From: Gaiellaceae bacterium
Lineage (GTDB): Bacteria; Actinomycetota; Thermoleophilia; Gaiellales; Gaiellaceae
Direction: 5' to 3'
DNA length: 55,228 nt
Assembly (NCBI GenBank): GCA_039583515.1
Contig: JAVKST010000001.1
Location: 1-55,228, forward strand
A model generated the notes under the pieces. The model was not told the origin of the DNA, ran no database searches, and saw only the letters and a list, made by a program, of their open reading frames with translations. Below, in pieces: positions 1-8,882 of the stretch (position 1 is the stretch's first letter; the number at the start of each line of letters is the position of its first letter). A program made the translations under genes and the position numbers.

Positions 1-72
1 TCGAGGTCGACGCGAGTGGGACGCAGCGCTCGCGGCCGCAGCAGATGGTCAGGAGGCTCCCGCGTCGGCCGC

Positions 73-336
73 CTATTTCCGAGGATGAGACTGCACACGG
101 GCGAACTGCAGTTGACCGGCGGGGCTACGTCGGGCGCGAGGCTCTCGCGGCAAGAGTTCAGCGCGCTCGCGCTCGAGACGAGCCGCGGCCCGCTCGATCT
201 CGGCGTTTCTGCGCTCGAGCGAGGCCCGCTCGGCGTCGCCGCGCGCGGCCCAACGCCCGGCAGCCTCGTCATGCCGAACTGCGGCTTCTTCGTGAGTTGC
301 TGCCGCATCGCGGTGGTGCCCGGCTCGGTCTGCCAT
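73..336 (-). CDS. hypothetical small coiled-coil protein (87 aa), weakly supported
   Basis: ATG at 336 follows a GAGAGGG Shine-Dalgarno-like motif. The sequence is Glu/Arg/Ala-rich (SLERRNAEIERAAARLERERAEL). Third-position GC is lower than in neighbouring genes. No family recognised. Confidence 0.25.
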   Translation of the reverse strand: MADRAGHHRDAAATHEEAAVRHDEAAGRWAARGDAERASLERRNAEIERAAARLERERAELLPREPRARRSPAGQLQFARVQSHPRK

Positions 337-504
337 GCCCTCTCTCAGCCGTCCGGCGACATTCGTGAACGGGGTCGGGCGCAGTCGGCATCGAGCTGAA
401 CGGCGACCGGGTGACGATCCCGGGCGCGCCGTCGCCAGCTTCGACGGCACGATCCTGGCGGCCGCGGACGCCTGCGGCGGCTGAGTCAGCCGACTCGGCG
501 CGAG

Positions 505-1484
505 CTACGCCGGCAGAGCGTGCTTGCGCAGCAGCTCTCGCTCGCGCTCCCGCGTCAGCGTCGGCCTCTGCTCCGGCACGGTCACCGCCCAGGCGAGCGT
601 GTCGCGCGTCGTCTCCTCCAGCGGTCGGAGCTCCAAGCCTGCCGTCAGCGCGCGCGACACGTCCGTCTCCAGCATCCCGGCGAGTCCGGATCGCCGCCGA
701 GCCAGAGCGGCAGCTCCATCCAGGGATCCACGCCCTCGTCGAGGAGCGTCTTGCTGTCGATCCAGCGGAGCCGGCAGCCGGCACCGACGGCGTCCGCCAT
801 CCGCGGCAGCGCCTCGCCCATCGTCAGCCGCTCCGCGGGCCCGGTCGCGTTGACCGGCCCTGAGAGATCCCCGGCGGCCAGCCGCAGGACGAAGCCGGCG
901 AGGTCGCGCGCATCGATGAACTGCACCGGAGCGTCCGCCTTCCCGGGCGCGAGCACGTCGCCGCCCTCCGCGAGTCGGCGCGCCCAGTAGGTGAAGCGCT
1001 CGGTCGGGTCGTGCGGGCCCACGATCAGGCCCGCGCGGACGTGTGCCGCACGCGACGCCTGGACCTCGTCGAGCACCCTCTCGCAGGCCGCCTTGAGCGC
1101 TCCGTAGTCCGCCTCCACGTCCTCCGAGGCCGGATCCTCGAGCTGCGCCGTCGCCGACGCCTCGTCGGGGCCGCGGCTCTGGTCGGCGTAGACGCTCACG
1201 GAGGAGATGAAGACGTAACGGCCGACGGCATCTCGCAGCAGCTCAGCCGACTGGCGCACGACGCGCGGCACGTAGCCGGAGGTGTCGACGACGGCGTCCC
1301 ACTCGCGGCCGGCGAGCGCGGCGAGGTCGCCGTCCCGGTCGCCGGGGAGATGCTCCGCCTCGGGGAAGAGGCCGGGGTTCGTCTTCCCGCGCGTAAACAG
1401 CGTCACCTCGTGCCCCTGCTCGCGGGCGAGGGCGACGACGTGGCGCCCGAGGAACTTCGTGCCACCGAGAACAAGGAGCCTCAT
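505..1484 (-). pseudogene. NAD-dependent epimerase/dehydratase (extended SDR) family protein, frame broken near the 3' end
   Basis: Rossmann N-terminus MRLLVLGGTKFLGRHVV. ORF 645..1484 ends early. A family-typical C-terminus (MLETDVSRALTAGLELRPLEETTRDTLAWA...RKHALPA*) continues in another frame to TAG at 505-507. The junction is a GGG run (minus strand, 676-678) that appears one G short. Confidence 0.7.
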
Positions 1485-1525
1485 CGGCTCCTTGTTCTAG
1501 CGGTTCGAGGGTCTCGCGCGGAGGG

Positions 1526-1603
1526 TCACGCCGCGAGCCCGGCGGCGGCGAGCAGGACGACGCCGAGCAGGAGCCGCGCCCGCAGCGAGAGCCGAGAGGG
1601 CAC
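1526..1603 (-). pseudogene. sensor histidine kinase remnant (25 codons, N-terminal TM helix only)
   Basis: GTG at 1603 overlaps the response-regulator stop (TAGTG), the usual RR-HK coupling. It encodes VPSRLSLRARLLLGVVLLAAAGLAA and then TGA at 1526. No HAMP, HisKA or ATPase sequence follows. Confidence 0.5.
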
Positions 1604-2293
1604 TACTCCTCCGCGTCGAGCATGTAGCCCGCCTGCCGCACGGTGCGGATCAGCGACGGCGCTCCGTCCTCGTCGACCTTCTTCCGCAGGTAGCTCACGT
1701 ACGTCTCGACGACGTTCGAGTTGCCGCCGAAGTCGTAGCGCCAGACGTTCTGGAGGATCTGGCCCTTCGAGAGCACCCGCCGCGGGTTGAGCAGGAAGTA
1801 GCGCAGCAGTGCGAACTCCGTCGCTGTCAGGTCGATCCGGCGGTCCCCGCGGGCCACCTCGTGGCGCGCCTCGTCGAGCACGAGGTCGCCGTGGCGGAGG
1901 ACGTCCCCCGGCAGGTCCCCGGCGGTGCGGCGCAGGATCGCCTGCACGCGCGCCACGACCTCGGCCAGGCTGAACGGCTTCGTCACGTAGTCGTCGCCGC
2001 CGGCGCGCAGCGCCTCGACCTTGTGCTCGACCGCGTCCCTCGCGGCGAGGAAGAGGATCGCGGTGTTGAACCCCCGCTCGCGGATGCGGCGGCCGACTTC
2101 GATCCCCTCGATGTCGGGGGAGCATCCAGTCCAGCACCGCGAGCTCCGGGTGGAATGCGGCAACCGCGGCCAGCGCCTCGCGGCCGCTCGACGCCTCGCG
2201 CACCTCGAAGCCCTCGTAGCGGAGGGCGGTCGCGACGGCGTCGACGATCGACGGCTCGTCGTCGACGACGAGGACCCTGGCGCCGCTGCTCAC
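1603..2293 (-). pseudogene. OmpR/PhoB-family response regulator, frameshifted
   Basis: The receiver N-terminus (VSSGARVLVVDDEPSIVDAVATALRYEGFEVREA...LAVLDWMLP) is in one frame. The rest (DIEGIEVGRRIRERGFNTAILFLAARD...KPFSLAEVVARV plus winged-helix LTATEFALLRYFLLNP...GYML) is in another. The switch falls in a 5-nt C run (plus-strand GGGGG, 2116-2120) that looks one base too long. Confidence 0.8.
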
Positions 2294-2390
2294 CTGCGAA
2301 GGGTGGCACGCGCAGCTGTGGATCGCCTGTGAAGCGGCGGCCGCGCAGTCCCTCGCACGGCGCGCGACTTCTTTGCCACCATGGTCGGCG

Positions 2391-3035
2391 ATGCGCCTGC
2401 TGCTCGCACTCGTCTTCACCGCCGCCGCCTCGACCGTCGCGGCTCGCGCGCCGTCCGTCGTGATCCGGCCGCTCACGCCGCTGCAGAAGCACGCCGTCGT
2501 CGAGGCGGGCGAGTACCACACGGGCTGCCCGGTGCGGCTGTCGGGCCTGCGCGTCCTCACCGTTCCCTATTACGGCTTCGACCACCGGACGCACGTCGGC
2601 CAGCTCGTCGTCAACGCGCGCGTCGCGAAGCCGCTCGGAACCGTCTTCGTGAAGCTCTACCGGATGAGGTTCCCGATCCGCGACATGCAATTCTGGCACC
2701 AGTACGGGGGGCATCCGACCGACGGAGACCTCACCGCGTCGTTCGAGTGCCGCGACGCCGCCGCTTCCCCGTGCAGCAGCAGCACCACCACGCACAACTG
2801 GTCGATGCACGCCTACGGCGAGGCGGTGGACGTCAACCCGCGCGAGAACCCGTACGTCGGGTGCGGGATGACGCGCGACAAGACCGCCCTCTCGTACCTG
2901 AAGCGGGGCTGGCACCGCCCGGGGATGATCACACCCGCCATCCTGAGTGCATTCGAGTCGATCGGTTGGGGCTGGGGCGGCTCCTGGTACGGATCGACCA
3001 AGGACTACATGCACTTCTCGGTCAACGGACACTAG
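2391..3035 (+). CDS. secreted M15-family zinc metallopeptidase (VanY / D-Ala-D-Ala carboxypeptidase-like)
   Basis: Signal peptide MRLLLALVFTAAASTVAARA. Zinc-binding motifs SMHAYGEAVDVNP and DYMHFS are typical of Peptidase_M15. The ORF track starts at TTG 2373, but ATG 2391 fits the signal peptide better. Confidence 0.7.
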   Translation: MRLLLALVFTAAASTVAARAPSVVIRPLTPLQKHAVVEAGEYHTGCPVRLSGLRVLTVPYYGFDHRTHVGQLVVNARVAKPLGTVFVKLYRMRFPIRDMQFWHQYGGHPTDGDLTASFECRDAAASPCSSSTTTHNWSMHAYGEAVDVNPRENPYVGCGMTRDKTALSYLKRGWHRPGMITPAILSAFESIGWGWGGSWYGSTKDYMHFSVNGH

Positions 3036-3082
3036 GCCGCAGCGGGCGGGCGTCGCAGAACCCGCCCGCCGCGGCCGGACGG

Positions 3083-4672
3083 CTATACCTGGGGCGCGGC
3101 CGGAGCTCCCGGCGCGGCGAAGCCGGCCTCGATGCGCGCCAGCTCCTCCTCCGAGCCCTGCACGACCGGGCCCTTGAACCACTTCCGCGCGGAGACGATC
3201 CACCACAGCCCCACGAGGAAGAGGACGCCGCCGACCGTGATCGGGGCGTAGTTCACGACGTTCCAGTTGAAGTCCGAGTGCCACGGGATTCCCTGCGGCA
3301 CGCTCGGCATCAGGAACAGGATCACGATCAGGATCACCCAGCAGAACGCCAGCGGGTTGATCCACTTGTAATGGCGCCCGAGCGTCCATGCGCCCGGCTG
3401 AAAGGAATCACCTGCGCGCCAGCGCAGGTAGATCGGCACCGCGTACGCGATGTAGAGGCCGATCACGGCGATCGACGTTCCCACGAGGTAGCCGATCGCG
3501 CCGTTCGCGAGCGTCGGGAGCATGAGCGCCCACGAGAGGACGGCGATCGCGCCGACCGCGTACACCGGCACGCGATTCCGGACGGAGATGCGCCGCCAGA
3601 GGTCACGGCCGGGCACGGCCCCGTCGCGGGAGAACGCGAACATCATCCGCGAGGCGGCCGTGACCGACGCCGTACCGCAGTAGAACTGCGCGCAGCACAC
3701 GATGAACAGGAGGAACTCCGCCCAGCGTGTGCTCATCGCGTTCTGCCAGATGTAGGTGATGTCGAAGGCTCCCGCGCTGATCGTCCCCTGGACGTCCGGA
3801 ATCGCGAACGTCACAGCCACGAGCAGGATGAAGCCGAAGATCACCGACATCACGACCGACATGACGACGCCGAGCGCGGCGGCGCGCGACGCCTTCCGCG
3901 TCTCCTCGCTCATGTGGGCGGATGCGTCATAGCCCGTATAGGTGTACTGCGCCATCAGGAGCCCGATCCCGAACACGAACCAGAAGACCGGGGTCGCGAA
4001 GTTGTGCCCGCTGAATCCCGACGCGTTGAGCGTCTTCGTGAACACGAACGAAGCCGACTGGTGGTGGTCGGGCACGATCGCGAGCACGACCACGATCACG
4101 AGGACGCCGGCCATGTGCCACCACGCCGAGATCGAGTTGAGCGCCGCGAGCAGCCGCACGCCGTTGAGGTTGAGGAGCAGCTGCGCCGCCATGATCGCGC
4201 TGAACGTGATGAAGACCGTGTGCGTGTCCGTCCCGACGCTCGGGAACCAGAGGTTCATCAGCGCCGTCCAGAAGATCGCGGCGCCGTAGCTGATGGCAGC
4301 CGTGACGCCGATCTGGCCGATCAGGTTGAACCAGCCGGTGAACCAGCCCCAGGCCGGCGAGCCGAGCTTAGACGACCAGTAGTAGATCGCTCCCGCCGTC
4401 GGCATCGCGGAGGCGACCTCTCCCATGCCGAGCGCGACGAGCGTGACGAACCCTCCGACGATCAGCCAGCCCCAGACGACCGCCACCGGCCCGCCGTCGT
4501 TGAAGCCGATGAAGTACGACGTCAGGCAGCCGGCGAGGATCGAGATGATCGTGAACGAGATGGCGAAGTTCGAGAAGCCGCCCATCTCGCGGTAGAGCAC
4601 CTGGGCATAGCCGAGACGGTGGAGCGTGCTCTCGTCGTCGTCGTGCCCGCGTGCCGACACATCTGAGCTCAA
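3083..4672 (-). CDS. APC-superfamily amino acid/polyamine permease
   Basis: 529 aa with about 12 predicted TM helices. N-terminal APC signature GFSNFAISFTIISILAGCLTSY...GGPVAVVWGW...GEVASAMPTAGAIYYW. Divergent from the gamma-glutamylation operon. Confidence 0.85.
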   Translation of the reverse strand: MSSDVSARGHDDDESTLHRLGYAQVLYREMGGFSNFAISFTIISILAGCLTSYFIGFNDGGPVAVVWGWLIVGGFVTLVALGMGEVASAMPTAGAIYYWSSKLGSPAWGWFTGWFNLIGQIGVTAAISYGAAIFWTALMNLWFPSVGTDTHTVFITFSAIMAAQLLLNLNGVRLLAALNSISAWWHMAGVLVIVVVLAIVPDHHQSASFVFTKTLNASGFSGHNFATPVFWFVFGIGLLMAQYTYTGYDASAHMSEETRKASRAAALGVVMSVVMSVIFGFILLVAVTFAIPDVQGTISAGAFDITYIWQNAMSTRWAEFLLFIVCCAQFYCGTASVTAASRMMFAFSRDGAVPGRDLWRRISVRNRVPVYAVGAIAVLSWALMLPTLANGAIGYLVGTSIAVIGLYIAYAVPIYLRWRAGDSFQPGAWTLGRHYKWINPLAFCWVILIVILFLMPSVPQGIPWHSDFNWNVVNYAPITVGGVLFLVGLWWIVSARKWFKGPVVQGSEEELARIEAGFAAPGAPAAPQV

Positions 4673-4757
4673 GGTTTCCCTCCCTCTCTCTGCCGCGTAG
4701 CGGCAAGCTAACGCCGGGGGCCGGACGTTTCAATGCCCGCCGTGTAGTGTCGCGCCG

Positions 4758-6092
4758 ATGCTGACGCTCGAGGAGCTGCGGGCGGACGTCGAGAGCGGCG
4801 CGGTCGACACCGTGATCGCGTGCTTCACCGACATGCAGGGAAGGCTGATGGGGAAGCGGCTCGACGGCGAGTTCTTCCTCGACGAGCTCGAGTCCGGCCA
4901 CAGCGGCGAGGGCTGCAACTACCTGCTCGCGCTGGAGATGGAGATGGATCCCGTCCCGGGGTACGCGATTGCGAGCTGGGAGCGCGGCTACGGCGACTTC
5001 GGCCTGCGGCCCGACGTCTCGACGCTGCGCCGGATCCCGTGGCACGAGGCGACGGCGATGGTGCAGTGCGACGTCGAGTGGCACGACGGGACGCCGGTCG
5101 GGCCGTCGCCGCGACAGGTGCTGCGCGCGCAGGTGGAGAAGGCGACCGGGCTGGGTTTCGAGCCGATGTTCGGGTCCGAGCTCGAGTTCTTCCTCTTCCG
5201 CGAGAGCTACGCGGAGGCGCACGCGAAGCACTACCACGACCTGACGCCGTCGGTGCCCTACATCCTCGACTACCACATCCTCGGCGCGAGCTTCGACGAG
5301 CCCTTCCTGCGCGCGGCGCGGGCGTCGATGAAGGCGGCCGGGATGGTCGTCGAGTCGTCGAAGGGCGAGGCGTGGGCCGGGCAGCACGAGATCAACTTCA
5401 AGTTCCGGGACGCGCTGCGCGCGGCGGATGACCACGCCGTCTACAAGACGGGCATCAAGGAGATCGCGTTCCAGCGCGGCTGCTCGGTCACGTTCATGGC
5501 GAAGCCGCACCACGACTGGGTCGGCTCCTCCTGTCACATCCACTCGTCGCTCTGGCGGGACGGCGCCAACGCCTTCACGGGCGAGTCGGAGGAGTTCAAG
5601 CACTACCTCGCCGGGCAGATCGCGTGCCTCGCCGACCTGGCCGTCTTCGTGGCGCCGACAATCAACTCGTACAAGCGCTTCGCCGCCGGGAGCTGGGCGC
5701 CGACGACGCTCGCCTGGGGCCACGACAACCGCACGTGCGGCTTCCGCGTCGTCGGGCACGGCTCGTCCGTGCGGCCGGAGACGCGCATCCCCGGCGCCGA
5801 CGCGAATCCTTACCTCGCGTTCGCCGCGCTGCTCGCCGCCGGGCTGTACGGGATCGAGCAGGAGCTCGAGCTCGCGCCGGCGCTCGAGGGCAACGCGTAC
5901 GTCTCCGATGCCGAACGCTTCCCGCACGGGCTGCGCGAGGCGATCGAGCGCCTGGAGCGGAGTGAGGTGGCGCGGGCTCTCCTCGGGGACGAGGTCGTCG
6001 ACCACTACCTCGTCTACGCACGGACGGAGCAGGAGTTGTTCGACAAGACGGTGACGGGCTACGAGCGGGAGAGGATGTTCGAGCGGGGTTGA
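4758..6092 (+). CDS. glutamine synthetase-family gamma-glutamyl ligase (GlnA3/GlnA4/PuuA-like)
   Basis: 444 aa with GS catalytic-domain motifs (GSELEFFLF, KGEAWAGQHEINF, NSYKRF, DNRTCGFRV, ETRIPGADANPYL). First gene of an overlapping operon. Confidence 0.85.
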   Translation: MLTLEELRADVESGAVDTVIACFTDMQGRLMGKRLDGEFFLDELESGHSGEGCNYLLALEMEMDPVPGYAIASWERGYGDFGLRPDVSTLRRIPWHEATAMVQCDVEWHDGTPVGPSPRQVLRAQVEKATGLGFEPMFGSELEFFLFRESYAEAHAKHYHDLTPSVPYILDYHILGASFDEPFLRAARASMKAAGMVVESSKGEAWAGQHEINFKFRDALRAADDHAVYKTGIKEIAFQRGCSVTFMAKPHHDWVGSSCHIHSSLWRDGANAFTGESEEFKHYLAGQIACLADLAVFVAPTINSYKRFAAGSWAPTTLAWGHDNRTCGFRVVGHGSSVRPETRIPGADANPYLAFAALLAAGLYGIEQELELAPALEGNAYVSDAERFPHGLREAIERLERSEVARALLGDEVVDHYLVYARTEQELFDKTVTGYERERMFERG

Positions 6093-6775
6093 GCAAGCCG
6101 CTGATCGGCATCACGACCTACGTCGAGCCGGCGTCGTGGGGGCACTGGCGCCTCGAGGCGGCGCTCGTTCCGTACGACTACGTCCGGGCGGTGGAGCGTG
6201 CGGGAGGTCGCGCCGTGCTCGTGCCGCCGGACCCGGACGGGGCAGAGGAGATCCTCGACGCGGTCCACGGGCTGATCTTCTCCGGGGGCAACGACATGGA
6301 GCCGCGGGAGTACGGCGCCGAGCCGCACCCGGCGACGAACGGCACCAATGCGGCCCGGGACCGCGGCGAGCTCGCGCTGCTCGAGGCGGCGCTGGCGCGC
6401 GACCTGCCGGTGCTCGCCATCTGCCGCGGCTTCGAGGTGCTGAACGTCGCGCGCGGCGGCGACCTCGTCCAGCACCTGCCGGAGATCCTCGGCCACGAAG
6501 AGCACCGCGCGGTCGTAGGGGAGTTCTCCGAGCACCCGGTGCGTGTCGATCCCTCCTCGCGCATCGGCGAGGTCTCGGGCGCCGTCAAGTCGCACCATCA
6601 CCAGGGCATCGGCCGGATCGGAGACGGCCTTCGCGACGTGGCCTGGGCCGAGGACGGGACGGTCGAGGCGATCGAGGATCCCGAGAGGCCGTTCGTCGTC
6701 GGCGTGCTCTGGCATCCGGAGGCCGGGGAGGACCAGCGGCTCTTCGAGCGGCTCGTGGAGGCGGCGAGGAAGTGA
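6089..6775 (+). CDS. gamma-glutamyl-gamma-aminobutyrate hydrolase family protein (PuuD-like, peptidase C26 / class I amidotransferase)
   Basis: TTG start overlaps the upstream stop (TTGA). Motifs PLIGITTY, LAICRGFEVLNVARGG (nucleophile Cys) and LWHPE. Confidence 0.8.
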   Translation: MSKPLIGITTYVEPASWGHWRLEAALVPYDYVRAVERAGGRAVLVPPDPDGAEEILDAVHGLIFSGGNDMEPREYGAEPHPATNGTNAARDRGELALLEAALARDLPVLAICRGFEVLNVARGGDLVQHLPEILGHEEHRAVVGEFSEHPVRVDPSSRIGEVSGAVKSHHHQGIGRIGDGLRDVAWAEDGTVEAIEDPERPFVVGVLWHPEAGEDQRLFERLVEAARK

Positions 6776-8118
6776 CGACCGTCCTGAACCCGGCGACCGA
6801 GGAGGTGATCGCCGAGCTCGACACGGCCGGGGTGGAGGAGACTGACGCTGCGGTCGCCCGCGCGAAGGAGGCGTTCCCCGCGTGGCGCGCGGTGGCGCCG
6901 GCCGATCGGGCGCGGCTGCTGCGCCGGCTCGCGACGCTCGTGGAGGAGCACCACGAGGAGCTCGCGCGGCTCGAGTCCCGCAACGTCGGCAAGCCGATCT
7001 CCGGCGCGCGCGGCGAGGTCGCGATGGTCGCGCAGGTCTTCCACTACTACGCGGGCGCGGTCGACAAGCATCTCGGCGAGACGATCCCGGTCGCCGGCGG
7101 GGTGGACCTGACGTTCCGCGAGCCGCTGGGCGTGGTCGGGCTGATCGTCCCGTGGAACTTCCCGCTCAACATCGCGTCGTGGAAGCTCGGGCCTGCGCTC
7201 GCCTGCGGCAACACCGTCGTGCTCAAGCCGGCCGAGCTGACGCCGCTCTCCGCGCTGCGGCTGGCCGAGCTCGCGCTCGAGGCGGGGATTCCGGTGGGCG
7301 TCCTGAACGTCGTCGCCGGGAAAGGCTCCGTCGCGGGAGCGCGGCTGATCGAGCATCCGGACGTCGCGAAGATCGGCTTCACGGGCTCGACCGAGGTGGG
7401 CCGGCAGGTGATGCGCGGCGCGGCGGGGACGATCAAGCGCGTCACGCTCGAGCTCGGCGGCAAGTCCGCCAACGTCGTCTTCGCCGACGCCGACCTCGAG
7501 CGCGCTGCCGCGGCGGCGCCGTACGCCGTCTTCGACAACGCAGGCCAGGACTGCTGCGCGCGCTCGCGGATCCTCGTCGAGGCGAGCGCGTACGACCGCT
7601 TCGCCGAGCTGCTCGTCGACGCCACGCGCGGGATGAGGGTCGGCGACCCGGAGGACGAGGCGACCGAGATGGGGCCGCTCATCTCCGCCGCGCACCGCCA
7701 GACGGTCGCGTCGTTCGTCGAGAGCGAGCCGCTCTTCCACGGCGACGCGCCGGACGGACGGGGCTTCTGGTTCCCGGCGACGCTCGTCGAGGCGCGGCCC
7801 GGCGACCGGATCGCACGCGAGGAGGTCTTCGGCCCGGTCGCGGCGCTGATCCCATTCACGGATGAAGAAGACGCGATCCGGATCGCGAACGACTCCGACT
7901 ACGGGCTCTCCGGCTCGATCTGGACGGAGAACGGCGGCCGCGCGCTGCGCGTCGCGCGCGCGATCGAGACCGGCGTCGTGTCGATCAACTCGAACTCGTC
8001 GGTGCGCGTCTCGACGCCGTTCGGCGGCTTCAAGCAGAGCGGCTTCGGCCGGGAGCTCGGGATGCACGCGCTCGCGGGCTACAGCGAGATCAAGAACGTG
8101 TTCTACTCGACCGGATGA
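6772..8118 (+). CDS. NAD(P)-dependent aldehyde dehydrogenase
   Basis: GTG start in a GTGA overlap with the puuD-like stop. ALDH motifs VPWNFP, FTGSTEVG, ELGGKS, catalytic Cys in GQDCCARSR, and EEVFGPV. The long ORF from 6136 is upstream read-through. Confidence 0.9.
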   Translation: MTTVLNPATEEVIAELDTAGVEETDAAVARAKEAFPAWRAVAPADRARLLRRLATLVEEHHEELARLESRNVGKPISGARGEVAMVAQVFHYYAGAVDKHLGETIPVAGGVDLTFREPLGVVGLIVPWNFPLNIASWKLGPALACGNTVVLKPAELTPLSALRLAELALEAGIPVGVLNVVAGKGSVAGARLIEHPDVAKIGFTGSTEVGRQVMRGAAGTIKRVTLELGGKSANVVFADADLERAAAAAPYAVFDNAGQDCCARSRILVEASAYDRFAELLVDATRGMRVGDPEDEATEMGPLISAAHRQTVASFVESEPLFHGDAPDGRGFWFPATLVEARPGDRIAREEVFGPVAALIPFTDEEDAIRIANDSDYGLSGSIWTENGGRALRVARAIETGVVSINSNSSVRVSTPFGGFKQSGFGRELGMHALAGYSEIKNVFYSTG

Positions 8119-8882
8119 GCGGCAGGCTCGAGGGCAAGGTCTGCGTGATCACCGGCGCGGGCGGCGGGATGGGCGCCGACGCGGCCGTCCGCTTCGCGGA
8201 GGAGGGCGCGAAGGTCGTCGTCGCGGACGTGGACGGCGACGCCGCGGAGCGGGTGGCGGGCGAGGTGGGCGGGCTGGCCGTGCAGGTCGACGTCGCCGAC
8301 GAGGCGTCCGTGCAGGCGGTGTACGCCTCCGCCGCGGGGCGCTTCGGCGGCATCGACGTCCTCTACAACAACGCCGGCATCTCGCCCGCCGACGACGCAT
8401 CGGTCCTCGAGACGAGCCTCGAGGCGTGGGAGCGCGTCCAGGCGGTCAACACGCGCGGCGTCTTCCTCTGCTGCAAGCACGGGATCCCGCACCTGCTCGG
8501 GCGCGGCGGCGGCTCGGTGATCAACGTCGCGTCGTTCGTCGCGCTCGTCGGCGCCGCGACCTCGCAGATCTCGTACACCGCCTCGAAGGGCGCCGTCCTC
8601 TCGCTGAGCAAGGAGCTCGGCGTCCAGTTCGCGCGGCAGGGCGTGCGCGTCAACGCCCTCTGCCCGGGGCCGGTCGAGACGCCGCTCCTGCTGCGGATCT
8701 GGAGCGAGACCCCGGGGGCGGCCGAGCGGCGGCTCGTGCACGTGCCGATGGGGCGGATGGCGAAGCCGCGCGAGATCGTCAACGCGGCGCTCTTCCTCGC
8801 GAGCGACGAGTCGAGCTACGTCAACGCGGCGACGTTCGTCGTCGACGGCGGGCTCACCGCCGCGTACGTGACGCCCGAGTGA
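8115..8882 (+). CDS. short-chain dehydrogenase/reductase (classical SDR)
   Basis: ATGA overlap with the ALDH stop. TGAGGGMG cofactor motif, NNAG, and the YTASK catalytic Tyr/Lys. Confidence 0.85.
   Translation: MSGRLEGKVCVITGAGGGMGADAAVRFAEEGAKVVVADVDGDAAERVAGEVGGLAVQVDVADEASVQAVYASAAGRFGGIDVLYNNAGISPADDASVLETSLEAWERVQAVNTRGVFLCCKHGIPHLLGRGGGSVINVASFVALVGAATSQISYTASKGAVLSLSKELGVQFARQGVRVNALCPGPVETPLLLRIWSETPGAAERRLVHVPMGRMAKPREIVNAALFLASDESSYVNAATFVVDGGLTAAYVTPE

Noticed and set aside
1-504. Overlapping ORFs at the left edge (16..399+, 45..368+, 269..784-, 411..863+).
   Set aside because: Mutually overlapping low-complexity translations with no family resemblance. Only the 73..336(-) ORF has a plausible RBS, and it is listed with low confidence.
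2381-4666. 761-aa plus-strand ORF spanning the permease region. Similar giant ORFs occur at 4368..6005(-), 33666..36080(+), 36162..38435(-), 40596..44297(-), 19458..21737(-) upstream part, and 52214..54490(-).
   Set aside because: They are Arg/Pro/Ala/Gly-rich, low-complexity translations. They lie antisense or out of frame to genes with clear family motifs. Such shadow ORFs are typical at this GC content (stop codons are rare) and are not real genes.
6136-6771. Upstream extension of the aldehyde dehydrogenase ORF (660-aa version).
   Set aside because: It overlaps the well-supported puuD-like gene in another frame. The ALDH similarity begins at GTG 6772 (VTTVLNPATEEVIAELD).
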